From assembly GCA_903823865.1 (NCBI GenBank), contig CAIJUJ010000027.1, positions 12,065 through 76,064 of the forward strand: a stretch of 64,000 bases of DNA, written 5' to 3'. Positions 11,026-19,145 of the stretch are shown piece by piece. Each line of letters starts with the position of its first letter. Positions within the stretch are counted from its first letter, which is position 1. The translations under genes were made by a program, and so were the position numbers. The notes beneath the pieces are model-generated. The model ran no database searches. It was not told the DNA's origin and saw nothing but the letters and a program-made list of their open reading frames with translations. This stretch comes from an uncultured bacterium. GTDB lineage: Bacteria > Patescibacteriota > Minisyncoccia > Phycocordibacterales > GWA1-40-21.

Positions 11026-11215
11026 AAAATTATTATTAATCTATTAAAAACAAAACGCCCTCGCAAGAACCGAAAAATATTTTCGATTATTGCGAGGGCG
11101 AACGAGTCGCGGTGCCACCTCACTTGCTTCTCATTTATAGGGTTCTACTCACCAAAGGTTTTCTTCCCCAAACTCCACCGTGTTTTCGGCTTCAACGTTA
11201 AAGATATTATATAAT
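11026..11215 (-). promoter_or_regulatory. Candidate T-box riboswitch leader of aspS, compact glyQS-like.
   Basis: The minus-strand leader contains GAGGUGGCACCGCG (plus-strand 11106-11122), a near match to the T-box consensus AGGGUGGNACCGCG. The UGGC bulge predicts pairing to a G73 discriminator, which fits tRNA-Asp or tRNA-Asn. It is followed by an 11-bp terminator hairpin cgccctcgcaa/ttgcgagggcg (11056-11100) plus a U-run directly before the aspS ATG. This is one of the few GC-rich patches in the neighbourhood. Confidence 0.55.
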
Positions 11216-11300
11216 TTAATTGCAAAAAATACACGTTGACATACCAAAAAAGATAATATACAGTTTGAGCAGAAGCAAAATTGACAATACGGAGGCTAAA

Positions 11301-11849
11301 ATGAATAAAATTGATATTTTGGATGGTTTTTTGAAAAAAAATACAATTATTATAGACGGTGATATAAATAAAGAAATTAAGGATTATGTCCGAAGGTCTT
11401 TAGCACAGCTTTACTTAAACAAATCAACAACTATCAATTTGCTAATAACAAGCAACGGTGGAAGTTTAATTCACGGTCTGGAAATCTTTGATAATTTAAA
11501 TCTTTTTCCGGGCTTAATAAGGGGTGTTGTAATAGGACACGCACGTTCAATGGCGGCTGTAATATTACAATCATGTGATTACAGGACAGCAACACCTAAT
11601 GCAAAATTACTGTTCCATAATCATTTGAGCAATGTAAGTTATGACGAGATGTTTAATAAAACATCAAGAATAAAATTTTTTAAAGAAATGAAAAGGGACA
11701 ATGAAAAGATGGAAGACATTATCATAAAAAGATCGGGGTTAAGTTTGCACTCAGTCAGAGAATTGTTTAAAAAAGACGCCGACCTAAATGTTGATGAGGC
11801 TATAGAATTGGGTCTCCTCGATCATATAGAGAATGAGCATCTGTTTTGA
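11301..11849 (+). CDS. ClpP-like serine protease (S14 family), orphan.
   Basis: ITSNGGSLIHGLEIFDNL...GHARSMAAVIL...FHNH...LGLLD aligns with the ClpP Ser/His/Asp regions. The ORF track extends to 11220, but GGAGG at 11291-11295 supports the ATG at 11301. TTGACA at 11236. Confidence 0.6.
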   Translation: MNKIDILDGFLKKNTIIIDGDINKEIKDYVRRSLAQLYLNKSTTINLLITSNGGSLIHGLEIFDNLNLFPGLIRGVVIGHARSMAAVILQSCDYRTATPNAKLLFHNHLSNVSYDEMFNKTSRIKFFKEMKRDNEKMEDIIIKRSGLSLHSVRELFKKDADLNVDEAIELGLLDHIENEHLF

Positions 11850-11863
11850 AAGAATAAAATATT

Positions 11864-11896
11864 AAACCGCCGGATTTATCTCGGCGGTTTTATTTT
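11864..11896. terminator. Bidirectional rho-independent terminator between clpP-like (+) and trpS (-).
   Basis: aaccgccg-N9-cggcggtt hairpin flanked by A/T runs. Confidence 0.6.
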
Positions 11897-12873
11897 TAAT
11901 ATATTTCCACCCCCACTTTCTCTCTCACAACCTTCATTTTTTTATCTGCATTCATAGAGGCCTTTTTAGCACCATCTTTTAAAATTTCAAAAACAGCATC
12001 CAAATCTTTGGCTAATTTTTCTCTCTTTTCTCTCATTGGTTTTATAAAGGCAGACAAATCTTTTATAAGTAATTCTTTTGCTTCCTTGTAACCCATTCCC
12101 CCTTTTTGATATTTTTCTCTCAAATTTTTTAACTTTTCCGTATCAATAAATAATTTATGAATTGCAAAAATAGCAGATTCATCTGGATTTTTTGGTTCAG
12201 CAACTCCTTTTGAATCTGTGGGAATTTTCATAACGGCCTTTTTAATTTCCTCATCAGTAGCAAAAAGTGGAATGACATTGCCATAGCTTTTACTCATTTT
12301 TCGCCCATCTATTCCGGGTACTGTGTCAACATGGGAAAGAATTAGTGGCTCTGGTAATCTGAAAGTCTCCCCAAAAATTCTGTTGAACTTTTGAGCGGTG
12401 TCTCGAGCATATTCTACATGCTGTTTTTGATCTTGCCCCACCGGAACAATATCTGCATCTTGTATCAAAATGTCCGAGGCCATGAGCATTGGATAATCAA
12501 AAACCCCAACGTTGATTTCTTTATTTTTTGCTTCAGCGTCTTTGAAAGCATGGGCACGCATCATATATGGCATTGTTGTAATACAATTAAAAATCCAAGC
12601 AAGCTCTGTTACTTGTGGAATATCTGATTGTTTAAAAAGAGTTATTTTTTGTGGGTCAAGACCAATAGCGAGATAATCAAGTGCAACATTAATAATTCTT
12701 TGTTTAAGATCGGCTTTGTTTTGAACTGTTGTCATGGCATGATAATCAGCAATAAAAATATAGCTTTCATATTTATCTTGAAGATCTACCATTTGCTTCA
12801 TAGCACCAAAATAATTACCGATATGCACTGTACCGGTGGGTTTGACTCCTGAAAGTAATATTTTTTTATTCAT
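11896..12873 (-). CDS. trpS: Tryptophanyl-tRNA synthetase.
   Basis: HIGH-type motif (KPTGTVHIGNYFGA) and KMSKS. 325 aa. Confidence 0.9.
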   Translation of the reverse strand: MNKKILLSGVKPTGTVHIGNYFGAMKQMVDLQDKYESYIFIADYHAMTTVQNKADLKQRIINVALDYLAIGLDPQKITLFKQSDIPQVTELAWIFNCITTMPYMMRAHAFKDAEAKNKEINVGVFDYPMLMASDILIQDADIVPVGQDQKQHVEYARDTAQKFNRIFGETFRLPEPLILSHVDTVPGIDGRKMSKSYGNVIPLFATDEEIKKAVMKIPTDSKGVAEPKNPDESAIFAIHKLFIDTEKLKNLREKYQKGGMGYKEAKELLIKDLSAFIKPMREKREKLAKDLDAVFEILKDGAKKASMNADKKMKVVREKVGVEIY

Positions 12874-12902
12874 ATGATTATAATAACAAACTAATTAATT
12901 TT

Positions 12903-12946
12903 TTGAAAGACAAAAGGCGGGTTCGCTTCACGAACCCGCCTTTTGT
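12903..12946 (-). terminator. Terminator downstream of dnaJ.
   Basis: aaaggcgggttcg...cgaacccgccttt hairpin with flanking T/A runs. Confidence 0.6.
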
Positions 12947-12953
12947 ATTTATT

Positions 12954-14033
12954 TTACAGTCCTTCCCCCCTCAATTCCTCGAAATCTTTCTTCGCCTGCT
13001 TTGAAAGTCGGCTAGGTATTTTGATGTTTAATTTGACTAGTAAATCCCCTCGTCTATCGCCACTTATAGGGATTCCTTTGCCTCTAATACGCAATATTTG
13101 GCCAAATTCAGCCCCTGCAGGAACCGACAGCTCTATATCACCATCCAGAGTTTTAAGGCTATATTTAGCCCCTAAAACAGCATCTGTCAATTTTATATTT
13201 AATTCTGTTATAAGATTTTTTCCTTCTTTTTTAAACAAATGGTCTTTTCTTACACGAATTTTAATATACAAATCTCCAGAGCTTCCACCTTTCACAGATT
13301 CACCCGCACCAGTTAGTCTCACTGTTTCTCCGTCGTTTATATCAGCAGGAATACTTACAGAAAATGATTCTTCTTTTTTTGATATACCAAGACCTGAACA
13401 ACTAGAACATTTATGTTTTGGAATTTGTCCCAAACCTTCACAGACTTCGCAAATTTTTTCTGTAACTATCGGACCAAAAAATGATCTTTTTGTTTCTCGG
13501 ATTTTTCCTTGGCCTCCACAAGAATTACATGTTTGCATAGATGAACTTCCTTCAGCACCTGTTCCATTACAAACTTTACATTTTGAATTTTTTGTAAGTC
13601 TGATAGTTTTTTCAGCTCCAAAAACAGATTCTGAAAAATTGAGTTCTAAATCCACAGAAATATCTCTTCCCCTTTTTTGTTTTTTTCTAGAAGTTCTTCC
13701 GCCACCAAAAAAATCTCCAAATATATCTCCCAAGTCAAAATCAACATTTTGTCCACCAGAAAATCCTGAAAAATCAAATCCTTCAAAACCACCTTGACCT
13801 TGGTATTGTCCGCCACCAAAACCTGCGGGTCCTGCTGAACCGTAAGTGTCGTATTGGGATCTTTTTGAATCATCGGAAAGTACCGAGTAAGCTTCACTTA
13901 CTTCTTTAAATTTTTCAGCGTTTCCGCCTTTATCTGGGTGATGTTCGTGCGCAAGTTTTCTGAAGGCTTTTTTAATATCTTCTTTGCTAGCGCCCTTGTC
14001 CACCCCTAAGGTTTTATAGTAATCTTTACTCAT
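12954..14033 (-). CDS. dnaJ: Chaperone DnaJ.
   Basis: J domain with HPD (YYKTLGV...HHPDK), G/F-rich region and four CxxCxGxG zinc-finger repeats. Confidence 0.9.
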   Translation of the reverse strand: MSKDYYKTLGVDKGASKEDIKKAFRKLAHEHHPDKGGNAEKFKEVSEAYSVLSDDSKRSQYDTYGSAGPAGFGGGQYQGQGGFEGFDFSGFSGGQNVDFDLGDIFGDFFGGGRTSRKKQKRGRDISVDLELNFSESVFGAEKTIRLTKNSKCKVCNGTGAEGSSSMQTCNSCGGQGKIRETKRSFFGPIVTEKICEVCEGLGQIPKHKCSSCSGLGISKKEESFSVSIPADINDGETVRLTGAGESVKGGSSGDLYIKIRVRKDHLFKKEGKNLITELNIKLTDAVLGAKYSLKTLDGDIELSVPAGAEFGQILRIRGKGIPISGDRRGDLLVKLNIKIPSRLSKQAKKDFEELRGEGL

Positions 14034-14048
14034 ATATTTGTTTTGCTT

Positions 14049-14093
14049 GTCCCGTAGCTAACTTTTTCCTGCAAAAAAGTTACGGTACTGGGA
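14049..14093 (+). repeat. 45-nt hairpin repeat, copy 1. Copy 2 is at 53485-53529 in inverted orientation.
   Basis: gtcccgtagctaactttttcctgcaaaaaagttacggtactggga matches the element at the uvrB stop codon at 41 of 45 positions. One stem pair co-varies between copies (g-c versus t-a). Confidence 0.6.
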
Positions 14094-14132
14094 TAATAAT
14101 CTTTGGACATTTATTTTTGGAGTTGGCTCCTC

Positions 14133-14169
14133 AAGGTCGAACCTTTTTAAATTCTCAAGGTTCGACCTT
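14133..14169. promoter_or_regulatory. 13-bp inverted repeat aaggtcgaacctt-N11-aaggttcgacctt upstream of dnaJ. Candidate operator or RNA hairpin.
   Basis: Seen directly. Matches neither CIRCE nor HAIR consensus. Confidence 0.3.
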
Positions 14170-14202
14170 TTCCCGCCAACGAATTTACTTTTTATCTCCT
14201 GT

Positions 14203-14297
14203 CTCCTTATACTCCGCGTCTTTTTCACCCTGTTAAATTTGAATTCTATTTAACAGGGTAAATTGTCATCTTACTTTTTCTCTTTATACTCCGCGTC
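14203..14297. repeat. 18-nt direct repeat (ctccttatactccgcgtc / ctctttatactccgcgtc) flanking a perfect 12-bp-arm palindrome (14226-14260) at the dnaK 3' end. It duplicates the last dnaK codons.
   Basis: The copy inside dnaK encodes DAEYKEKK-stop. The displaced copy would encode DAEYKETGDKK-stop. The palindrome is accctgttaaat...atttaacagggt. Confidence 0.6.
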
Positions 14298-16169
14298 CTT
14301 AATATTATCGCCCTCTCCCTTTTTATCACTGCCTTCAGCACCTGCAGTTTGTCCAGGAGCTTCTTTTTGTGTTTTTTGCATAGCTTCACCGATTTTTTGC
14401 ATTTCAGTTGAAAGTGCATCTGTCTTTGTTTTTATTAATGCTGAATCTGTACCTGAAGTTGCTGTTTTTAAATCAGCAATTTTATCTTCAACACCTTTTA
14501 TTATATCTGCTGGTATTTTATCTTTATTATCTTTTATTGCTTGTTCTGCAGTGTAGATTATTTGTTCGGCAATATTTTTTGCTTCAACACTTTCTTTTTT
14601 CTTTTTGTCTTCTTCTGCATTAAGCTCAGCTTCTTTTTTCATTCTTTCAATATCTTCTTTTTTCAAACCAGAAGAAGCTTCAATTCTGATTGATTGTTCT
14701 TTATTTGTTGTTTTATCTTTTGCTTTTACATTCAATATTCCGTTTGCATCAATATCAAATGTGACTTCAACTTGTGGCATTCCTCTTCTTGCTGGTGGTA
14801 TTCCATCCAATATAAATTTACCCAAACTCTTGTTATCGCTTGCCATTGGTCTTTCTCCCTGAACGATGTGAATTTCTACAGAAGTTTGATTGTCTGCTGC
14901 GGTAGAAAATACCTGACTTCTTGATGTAGGAATTGTTGTATTTTTTTCTACAAGATGTGTTGCTACTCCTCCCATAGTTTCAATTCCAAGTGCTAGTGGA
15001 ATAACATCGAGCAAAAGAACATCTTTGACATCTCCACGCAAAATTCCTCCTTGAACTGCAGCACCTAGTGCAACAACTTCATCTGGGTTGACTGAAAGAT
15101 TTGGTTCTTTTCCGAACAAAGCTTTTACAGCGGCAACTATTGCAGGCATTCTTGTTTGTCCTCCAACCATAATAACTTCATTAAGATCACCTATTTTAAA
15201 TGGTGAAGCTTCTATCGCTCTCTTCGAAATCATTATTGATCTATCAATAAATTCTTTTGTAAGATTTTCAAGATTTGCTCTTGTGAATTTAATAAGCAGG
15301 TGTTTTGGTCCGGAAGCATCTGAAGTAACGAAAGGAATATTTATTTCTGTTTCAAGTGCAGTTGAAAGCTCAATCTTTGCTTTTTCTGCTGCTTCATCAA
15401 GTCTTTGAAGTGATAGTGAATCTTTTCTCAAATCAATTCCGTTTTCTTTCATGAATTGATCTGCCATAAAATCCACAATCTTTTTATCAATATCGCGTCC
15501 ACCAAGATGTGAGTCTCCATCGGTTGAGCGAACTTCTACGACAGAATCACCAATCTCAAGAATTGAAATATCAAATGTTCCTCCACCAAAGTCGTACACT
15601 GCGATTTTTTCATTTTTGTTTTTGTTGAGACCGTATGCAAGTGCTGCTGCTGTTGGCTCATTTATAATTCTCAAAACATTTAATCCGGCAATTTGCCCGG
15701 CATCTTTTGTTGCCTGTCTTTGTGAATCGTTGAAATATGCTGGTACTGTAATAACTGCGTCAGTAATTTTTTCACCGAGTCTTGCTTCAGCATCATTTTT
15801 CATTTTTTGAAGAATCATTGCTGATACTTCTTCTGGACGATAATTCTTTCCGCCCATTGCTATTTCAACTCCATTATTTGTAGATTTTGAAATATCAAAC
15901 GAGACAGAAGCTTTATCTTTCTGTACTCCGGCATCATCATATTGATGACCCATAAATCTTTTTACTTGAAAAACTGTATTCTTTGGGTTTGTAACAGCCT
16001 GTCTTCTTGCCAATAAACCAACAAGCTTTTCACCTGTTTTTGTCATGGCAACAATAGATGGGGTTGTTCTTGCACCTTCAGCGTTTTCTATGATTTTGGG
16101 AGCATTTCCCTCCATCACAGCCATCGCTGAGAATGTTGTTCCTAAGTCTATTCCTAATATTTTACTCAT
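14271..16169 (-). CDS. dnaK: Chaperone DnaK (Hsp70).
   Basis: [26 protein letters not shown] and the rest of the Hsp70 signatures. 632 aa. Confidence 0.95.
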   Translation of the reverse strand: MSKILGIDLGTTFSAMAVMEGNAPKIIENAEGARTTPSIVAMTKTGEKLVGLLARRQAVTNPKNTVFQVKRFMGHQYDDAGVQKDKASVSFDISKSTNNGVEIAMGGKNYRPEEVSAMILQKMKNDAEARLGEKITDAVITVPAYFNDSQRQATKDAGQIAGLNVLRIINEPTAAALAYGLNKNKNEKIAVYDFGGGTFDISILEIGDSVVEVRSTDGDSHLGGRDIDKKIVDFMADQFMKENGIDLRKDSLSLQRLDEAAEKAKIELSTALETEINIPFVTSDASGPKHLLIKFTRANLENLTKEFIDRSIMISKRAIEASPFKIGDLNEVIMVGGQTRMPAIVAAVKALFGKEPNLSVNPDEVVALGAAVQGGILRGDVKDVLLLDVIPLALGIETMGGVATHLVEKNTTIPTSRSQVFSTAADNQTSVEIHIVQGERPMASDNKSLGKFILDGIPPARRGMPQVEVTFDIDANGILNVKAKDKTTNKEQSIRIEASSGLKKEDIERMKKEAELNAEEDKKKKESVEAKNIAEQIIYTAEQAIKDNKDKIPADIIKGVEDKIADLKTATSGTDSALIKTKTDALSTEMQKIGEAMQKTQKEAPGQTAGAEGSDKKGEGDNIKDAEYKEKK

Positions 16170-16249
16170 AGTTTTGGTTCGCCGAACATTTTTAATAAAA
16201 TGTTTTAGGCTAAATTGTTAATTTATAACTTATAAAAGTATATACAACC

Positions 16250-16319
16250 TGTCATTCCCGCGAAGGCGGGAATCTAGATTTCATTCTAATACTGGATTCC
16301 CGCCTTCGCTGGAATGACA
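16250..16319. repeat. 70-nt palindromic hairpin element, copy 1 (24-25-bp arms).
   Basis: tgtcattcccgcgaaggcgggaatc ...loop... gattcccgccttcgctggaatgaca. Confidence 0.7.
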
Positions 16320-16335
16320 ATACAAGAATTAAATA

Positions 16336-16635
16336 TTAAAAGTTAGGAGCGCGAGGTGGTTGACTAATAACAAAAGATAAATCTTTTATTAATTCTTGAA
16401 TATCTGCAAAAAATGGACTTGTAATAGGAAGAAAGTTTTGTTTTTCAAAATAAACTGGAAGTGCAAGAATTTCTTCCTGTGAAATAATATTCTCTTCAAT
16501 GATTTTTCCACAGACAGCTTTTGCAACAATTTTTCCATTTACTTCAAGCAATTCAAAAACGACAAGTGCCCATGAACCATTTGGCAATTGTATTGTTTTC
16601 TTTATGAATTTTTGCTGTTTTTGTAAACTTAACAT
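16336..16635 (-). CDS. Hypothetical 99-aa protein between grpE and dnaK, bracketed by the palindromic hairpin elements.
   Basis: ORF only. No recognisable motif, weak RBS. Confidence 0.35.
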   Translation of the reverse strand: MLSLQKQQKFIKKTIQLPNGSWALVVFELLEVNGKIVAKAVCGKIIEENIISQEEILALPVYFEKQNFLPITSPFFADIQELIKDLSFVISQPPRAPNF

Positions 16636-16667
16636 ATATTTTAATTATATCATTTTTGTCTCCGTAT

Positions 16668-16741
16668 TGTCATTCCCGCGCAGGCGGGAATCTAGTGTTG
16701 AATTGAATTAATACTGAATTCCCGCCTGCGCGGGAATGACA
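16668..16741. repeat. 74-nt palindromic hairpin element, copy 2 (perfect 25-bp arms).
   Basis: tgtcattcccgcgcaggcgggaatc ...loop... gaattcccgcctgcgcgggaatgaca. Same family as 16250-16319, with related loops (tag...atactg). Confidence 0.7.
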
Positions 16742-16747
16742 CACAAC

Positions 16748-17350
16748 TTACTTTTTGAACTCAGCAACCACAACTTGTGCTGGCTTCATAACTCTTCCAT
16801 TTAAAATATAACCTTTCTTCTTAACTTCTGTAATCATCCCGTCTTTTTTTTCATCATCAGTCACAACATGCTCTACCGCAATGTGAAATTTAGGGTCAAA
16901 TTTTTCATTAAGCGGGCTCATTGTTTTAAAATCATTCTCATCAAGGATTTTTAAAAGCTGTGTATGAATATATTCAACACCAACTCTCCAATTTTTATCA
17001 ACTTTCTCCCAAGCTTCTTTATTTGAAAATGCCATTTCAAAACTATCTAGCACCTGTGTGATTTCTTCAAGCAAATTTTCGTTTGCATATTTTACAATTT
17101 CGACTTTTTCATTTTCAACTCTTTTTTTGTAGTTTATAAGGTCAGCTCTTTCTCTCTGCCAGCCATTCATATACTCTTGTTTTTCTTTTTCAAGAGTTTT
17201 GATTTTTTCTTTGAGTTTTTTGACCAAATTTTCAGGAGCTTCAACTTCTTCATCAACTATTACATCATCAGCCATCTTTTTTGATGTTTTTTTTGACTCT
17301 TCTTCGTATACCAAATCATCATTGTTGTTGTTTGTTGTATTTTTGTTCAT
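16748..17350 (-). CDS. grpE: Nucleotide exchange factor GrpE.
   Basis: Coiled-coil N-terminus and GrpE core (MNGWQRERADLINYKKRVENEK...). Confidence 0.85.
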   Translation of the reverse strand: MNKNTTNNNNDDLVYEEESKKTSKKMADDVIVDEEVEAPENLVKKLKEKIKTLEKEKQEYMNGWQRERADLINYKKRVENEKVEIVKYANENLLEEITQVLDSFEMAFSNKEAWEKVDKNWRVGVEYIHTQLLKILDENDFKTMSPLNEKFDPKFHIAVEHVVTDDEKKDGMITEVKKKGYILNGRVMKPAQVVVAEFKK

Positions 17351-17480
17351 TTTTTTTATTTTGGCTTATTCTGGGCTTTAAATTCGATATTAGCCTTATT
17401 TATAGCTATTTTATCATAATTTCAATAAAAATCAAATTTTATGCTTGACAAGTATATAGATAATATGCTAAGATATAAGA

Positions 17481-17610
17481 AGTTAGCAGTGGAAAACACG
17501 GGTGCGCGGGGTAGGACGTCCAAATGTCCCCCATTCACGTTCTATCTCCCACCCGGGTTTCCACTGTTGTCTGCCGTCTTTATAACTTTATTAAGTAAGA
17601 CGGCTTTTTT
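17481..17610 (+). ncRNA. Candidate structured small RNA 1, unknown family.
   Basis: Promoter TTGACA (17445-17450), 18-nt spacer, TAAGAT (17469-17474). A GC-rich body with a long-range stem (cagtggaaaacacgggtg ... cacccgggtttccactg). Intrinsic terminator gccgtctt-N16-aagacggc plus TTTTTT (17573-17610). No ORF. Confidence 0.35.
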
Positions 17611-17661
17611 GTGCCTTTTTTCAATTTGACAACTAATTTTTTATTATTGTATAATTTACTT

Positions 17662-17815
17662 GAGTGCTCCTGCCACCGCACAATGGGGTGACGCCTCCTG
17701 GATGCCGTGAATCGTGGAATGTATTTTTGGAGGCGCTCTCCCAAAATATATTGCCCACCGACATCCCGTCATCATAATATGCCGCCTGAGAATACAGGCG
17801 GCATATACTATTTAT
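17662..17815 (+). ncRNA. Candidate structured small RNA 2, unknown family.
   Basis: Near-consensus promoter TTGACA (17626-17631), 18 nt, extended -10 TGTATAAT (17648-17655). The GC-rich body ends in hairpin atgccgcctg-agaata-caggcggcat (17779-17804). The overlapping ORF (17714-18049) is low complexity and probably spurious. Confidence 0.3.
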
Positions 17816-17842
17816 TATCTACAAATATATAAAATAATTATT

Positions 17843-17868
17843 AAAAAACCGTCTTTCGACGGTTTTTT
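17843..17868. terminator. Bidirectional terminator after rpsI.
   Basis: aaaaaaccgtc-tttcg-acggtttttt. Confidence 0.65.
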
Positions 17869-17877
17869 AAATTATTT

Positions 17878-18327
17878 TTATCTTTTTGACCACTGTGGAG
17901 CTTTTCTAGCCTTTTTAAGACCAAATTTTCTTCTTTCTTTTGCTCTTGGGTCTCTCTTCAAATATCCAACTTTTTTCAAATCTTTTCTTAGCTCAGGATC
18001 CATTAAAATAAGTATTCTAGCGATTCCATGTCTTACAGCTTCTGCTTGAGAATTGATTCCCCCACCTGTAACTTTTACTGTGATCGCCAAATGACCTGGT
18101 AATTTTGCAACATTCAAAGCTTGAGAAACGATAATTCTTTGTGCTTCATTTTTAAAATAATCATCAATAGTTTTTTCGTCATTAATTACAAAAGAATTTT
18201 TTGCAGCAATAGTGGCTCTTACTCTTGCAACAGATGTTTTTCTTCTTCCAACAGCTTCTATGTATTTGTGTTCCCCGACAGAAATTTTACTAACTGTATT
18301 TTTTTCTTTTTTTATTATTGGTTCCAT
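17878..18327 (-). CDS. rpsI: Ribosomal protein S9.
   Basis: C-terminal ...RKFGLKKARKAPQWSKR. Confidence 0.9.
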   Translation of the reverse strand: MEPIIKKEKNTVSKISVGEHKYIEAVGRRKTSVARVRATIAAKNSFVINDEKTIDDYFKNEAQRIIVSQALNVAKLPGHLAITVKVTGGGINSQAEAVRHGIARILILMDPELRKDLKKVGYLKRDPRAKERRKFGLKKARKAPQWSKR

Positions 18328-18388
18328 TTTTTTATATATAATTTATTTACTTTACCCACTGAATTTCTAACGGGGTAAATTGTTTCTT

Positions 18389-18739
18389 TTATTCTTTAAT
18401 AATCAAGTTCTTTATAATTCTTGATTTTAGTTTATTTCTTGGAATCATTCCGGAAATTGCGATTTTCAAAAGACCGCTTTTACCTTTGCTATCAATCAAT
18501 TGCTCCATGCTCTTTGCATAAAGACCGCCTGGGTAGCCAGAATATCTTTTGTAAACTGTTTTTAATTTACCTTCAAATATATCAATTTTGCCGGCATTTT
18601 CAATTATTACTTGAACATTAAAAACAACATTCTTGGCGTAATCAACACGATTTTTACCTATTAGTAAAGCTGTCGCTTTTGTGGCGATTCTTCCTAATTT
18701 CTGCCCTGTTGCATCTATTGTGTAAATTTTCTTTTCCAT
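18389..18739 (-). CDS. rplM: Ribosomal protein L13 (short form).
   Basis: YTIDATGQKLGRIATKATALLIGK. Confidence 0.85.
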   Translation of the reverse strand: MEKKIYTIDATGQKLGRIATKATALLIGKNRVDYAKNVVFNVQVIIENAGKIDIFEGKLKTVYKRYSGYPGGLYAKSMEQLIDSKGKSGLLKIAISGMIPRNKLKSRIIKNLIIKE

Positions 18740-18743
18740 GTTT

Positions 18744-19091
18744 TTATATAAATTCTATCTGAGAAATACTTGTTCCGTCAGATAATCTAGTCTTAATTTT
18801 GATAACTCTTGTATATCCACCATTTCTATCTTTATATTTTGGTGAAAGTACTTTTATTATTTTACTTGCTGAAGTTGCTCCTATTCTTGAAGCAATTAAT
18901 TTTTGAGCTGCTAAATTTGCTTCTTTTCCTTTTGTAATCAATTTTTCAACAAATGGTTTTAATACTTTTGCTTTTGTTTCTGTTGTTTGAATTTTTTCGT
19001 ATTTAATTAAAGATACGGCAAGAGTCTTAATCAGAGCATTTCTTTGATTTTTATTTCTACTTAATTGTTTTTTCTTATTACCGTGTAACAT
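18744..19091 (-). CDS. rplQ: Ribosomal protein L17.
   Basis: MLHGNKKKQLSRNKNQRNALIKTL... Confidence 0.9.
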   Translation of the reverse strand: MLHGNKKKQLSRNKNQRNALIKTLAVSLIKYEKIQTTETKAKVLKPFVEKLITKGKEANLAAQKLIASRIGATSASKIIKVLSPKYKDRNGGYTRVIKIKTRLSDGTSISQIEFI

Positions 19092-19145
19092 GTTTTTATT
19101 TTGAAATTTTTAATCTGGTTTGCTTCGCTTTCGCTCGCAATGACA

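Noticed and set aside
11020-11214. 64-aa plus-strand ORF.
   Set aside because: It lies on the antisense strand of the aspS T-box-like leader. The GC-rich structured RNA keeps the frame open.
14034-14270. HrcA CIRCE element in the dnaK-dnaJ spacer.
   Set aside because: No TTAGCACTC-N9-GAGTGCTAA-like sequence. The inverted repeat present has different half-sites.
17481-17815. tmRNA, RNase P RNA, SRP RNA or 6S RNA identity for the GC-rich islands.
   Set aside because: None of these hallmarks was seen by eye: tmRNA tRNA-like ends, RNase P P4 / GGAAAGUCCGG, SRP AGGUCCGGAAGGAAGCAGC. They are left as unknown ncRNA candidates pending covariance-model scans.
17714-18049. 111-aa plus-strand ORF.
   Set aside because: It starts in the GC-rich candidate ncRNA 2 and runs antisense through rpsI. 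Low-complexity product.
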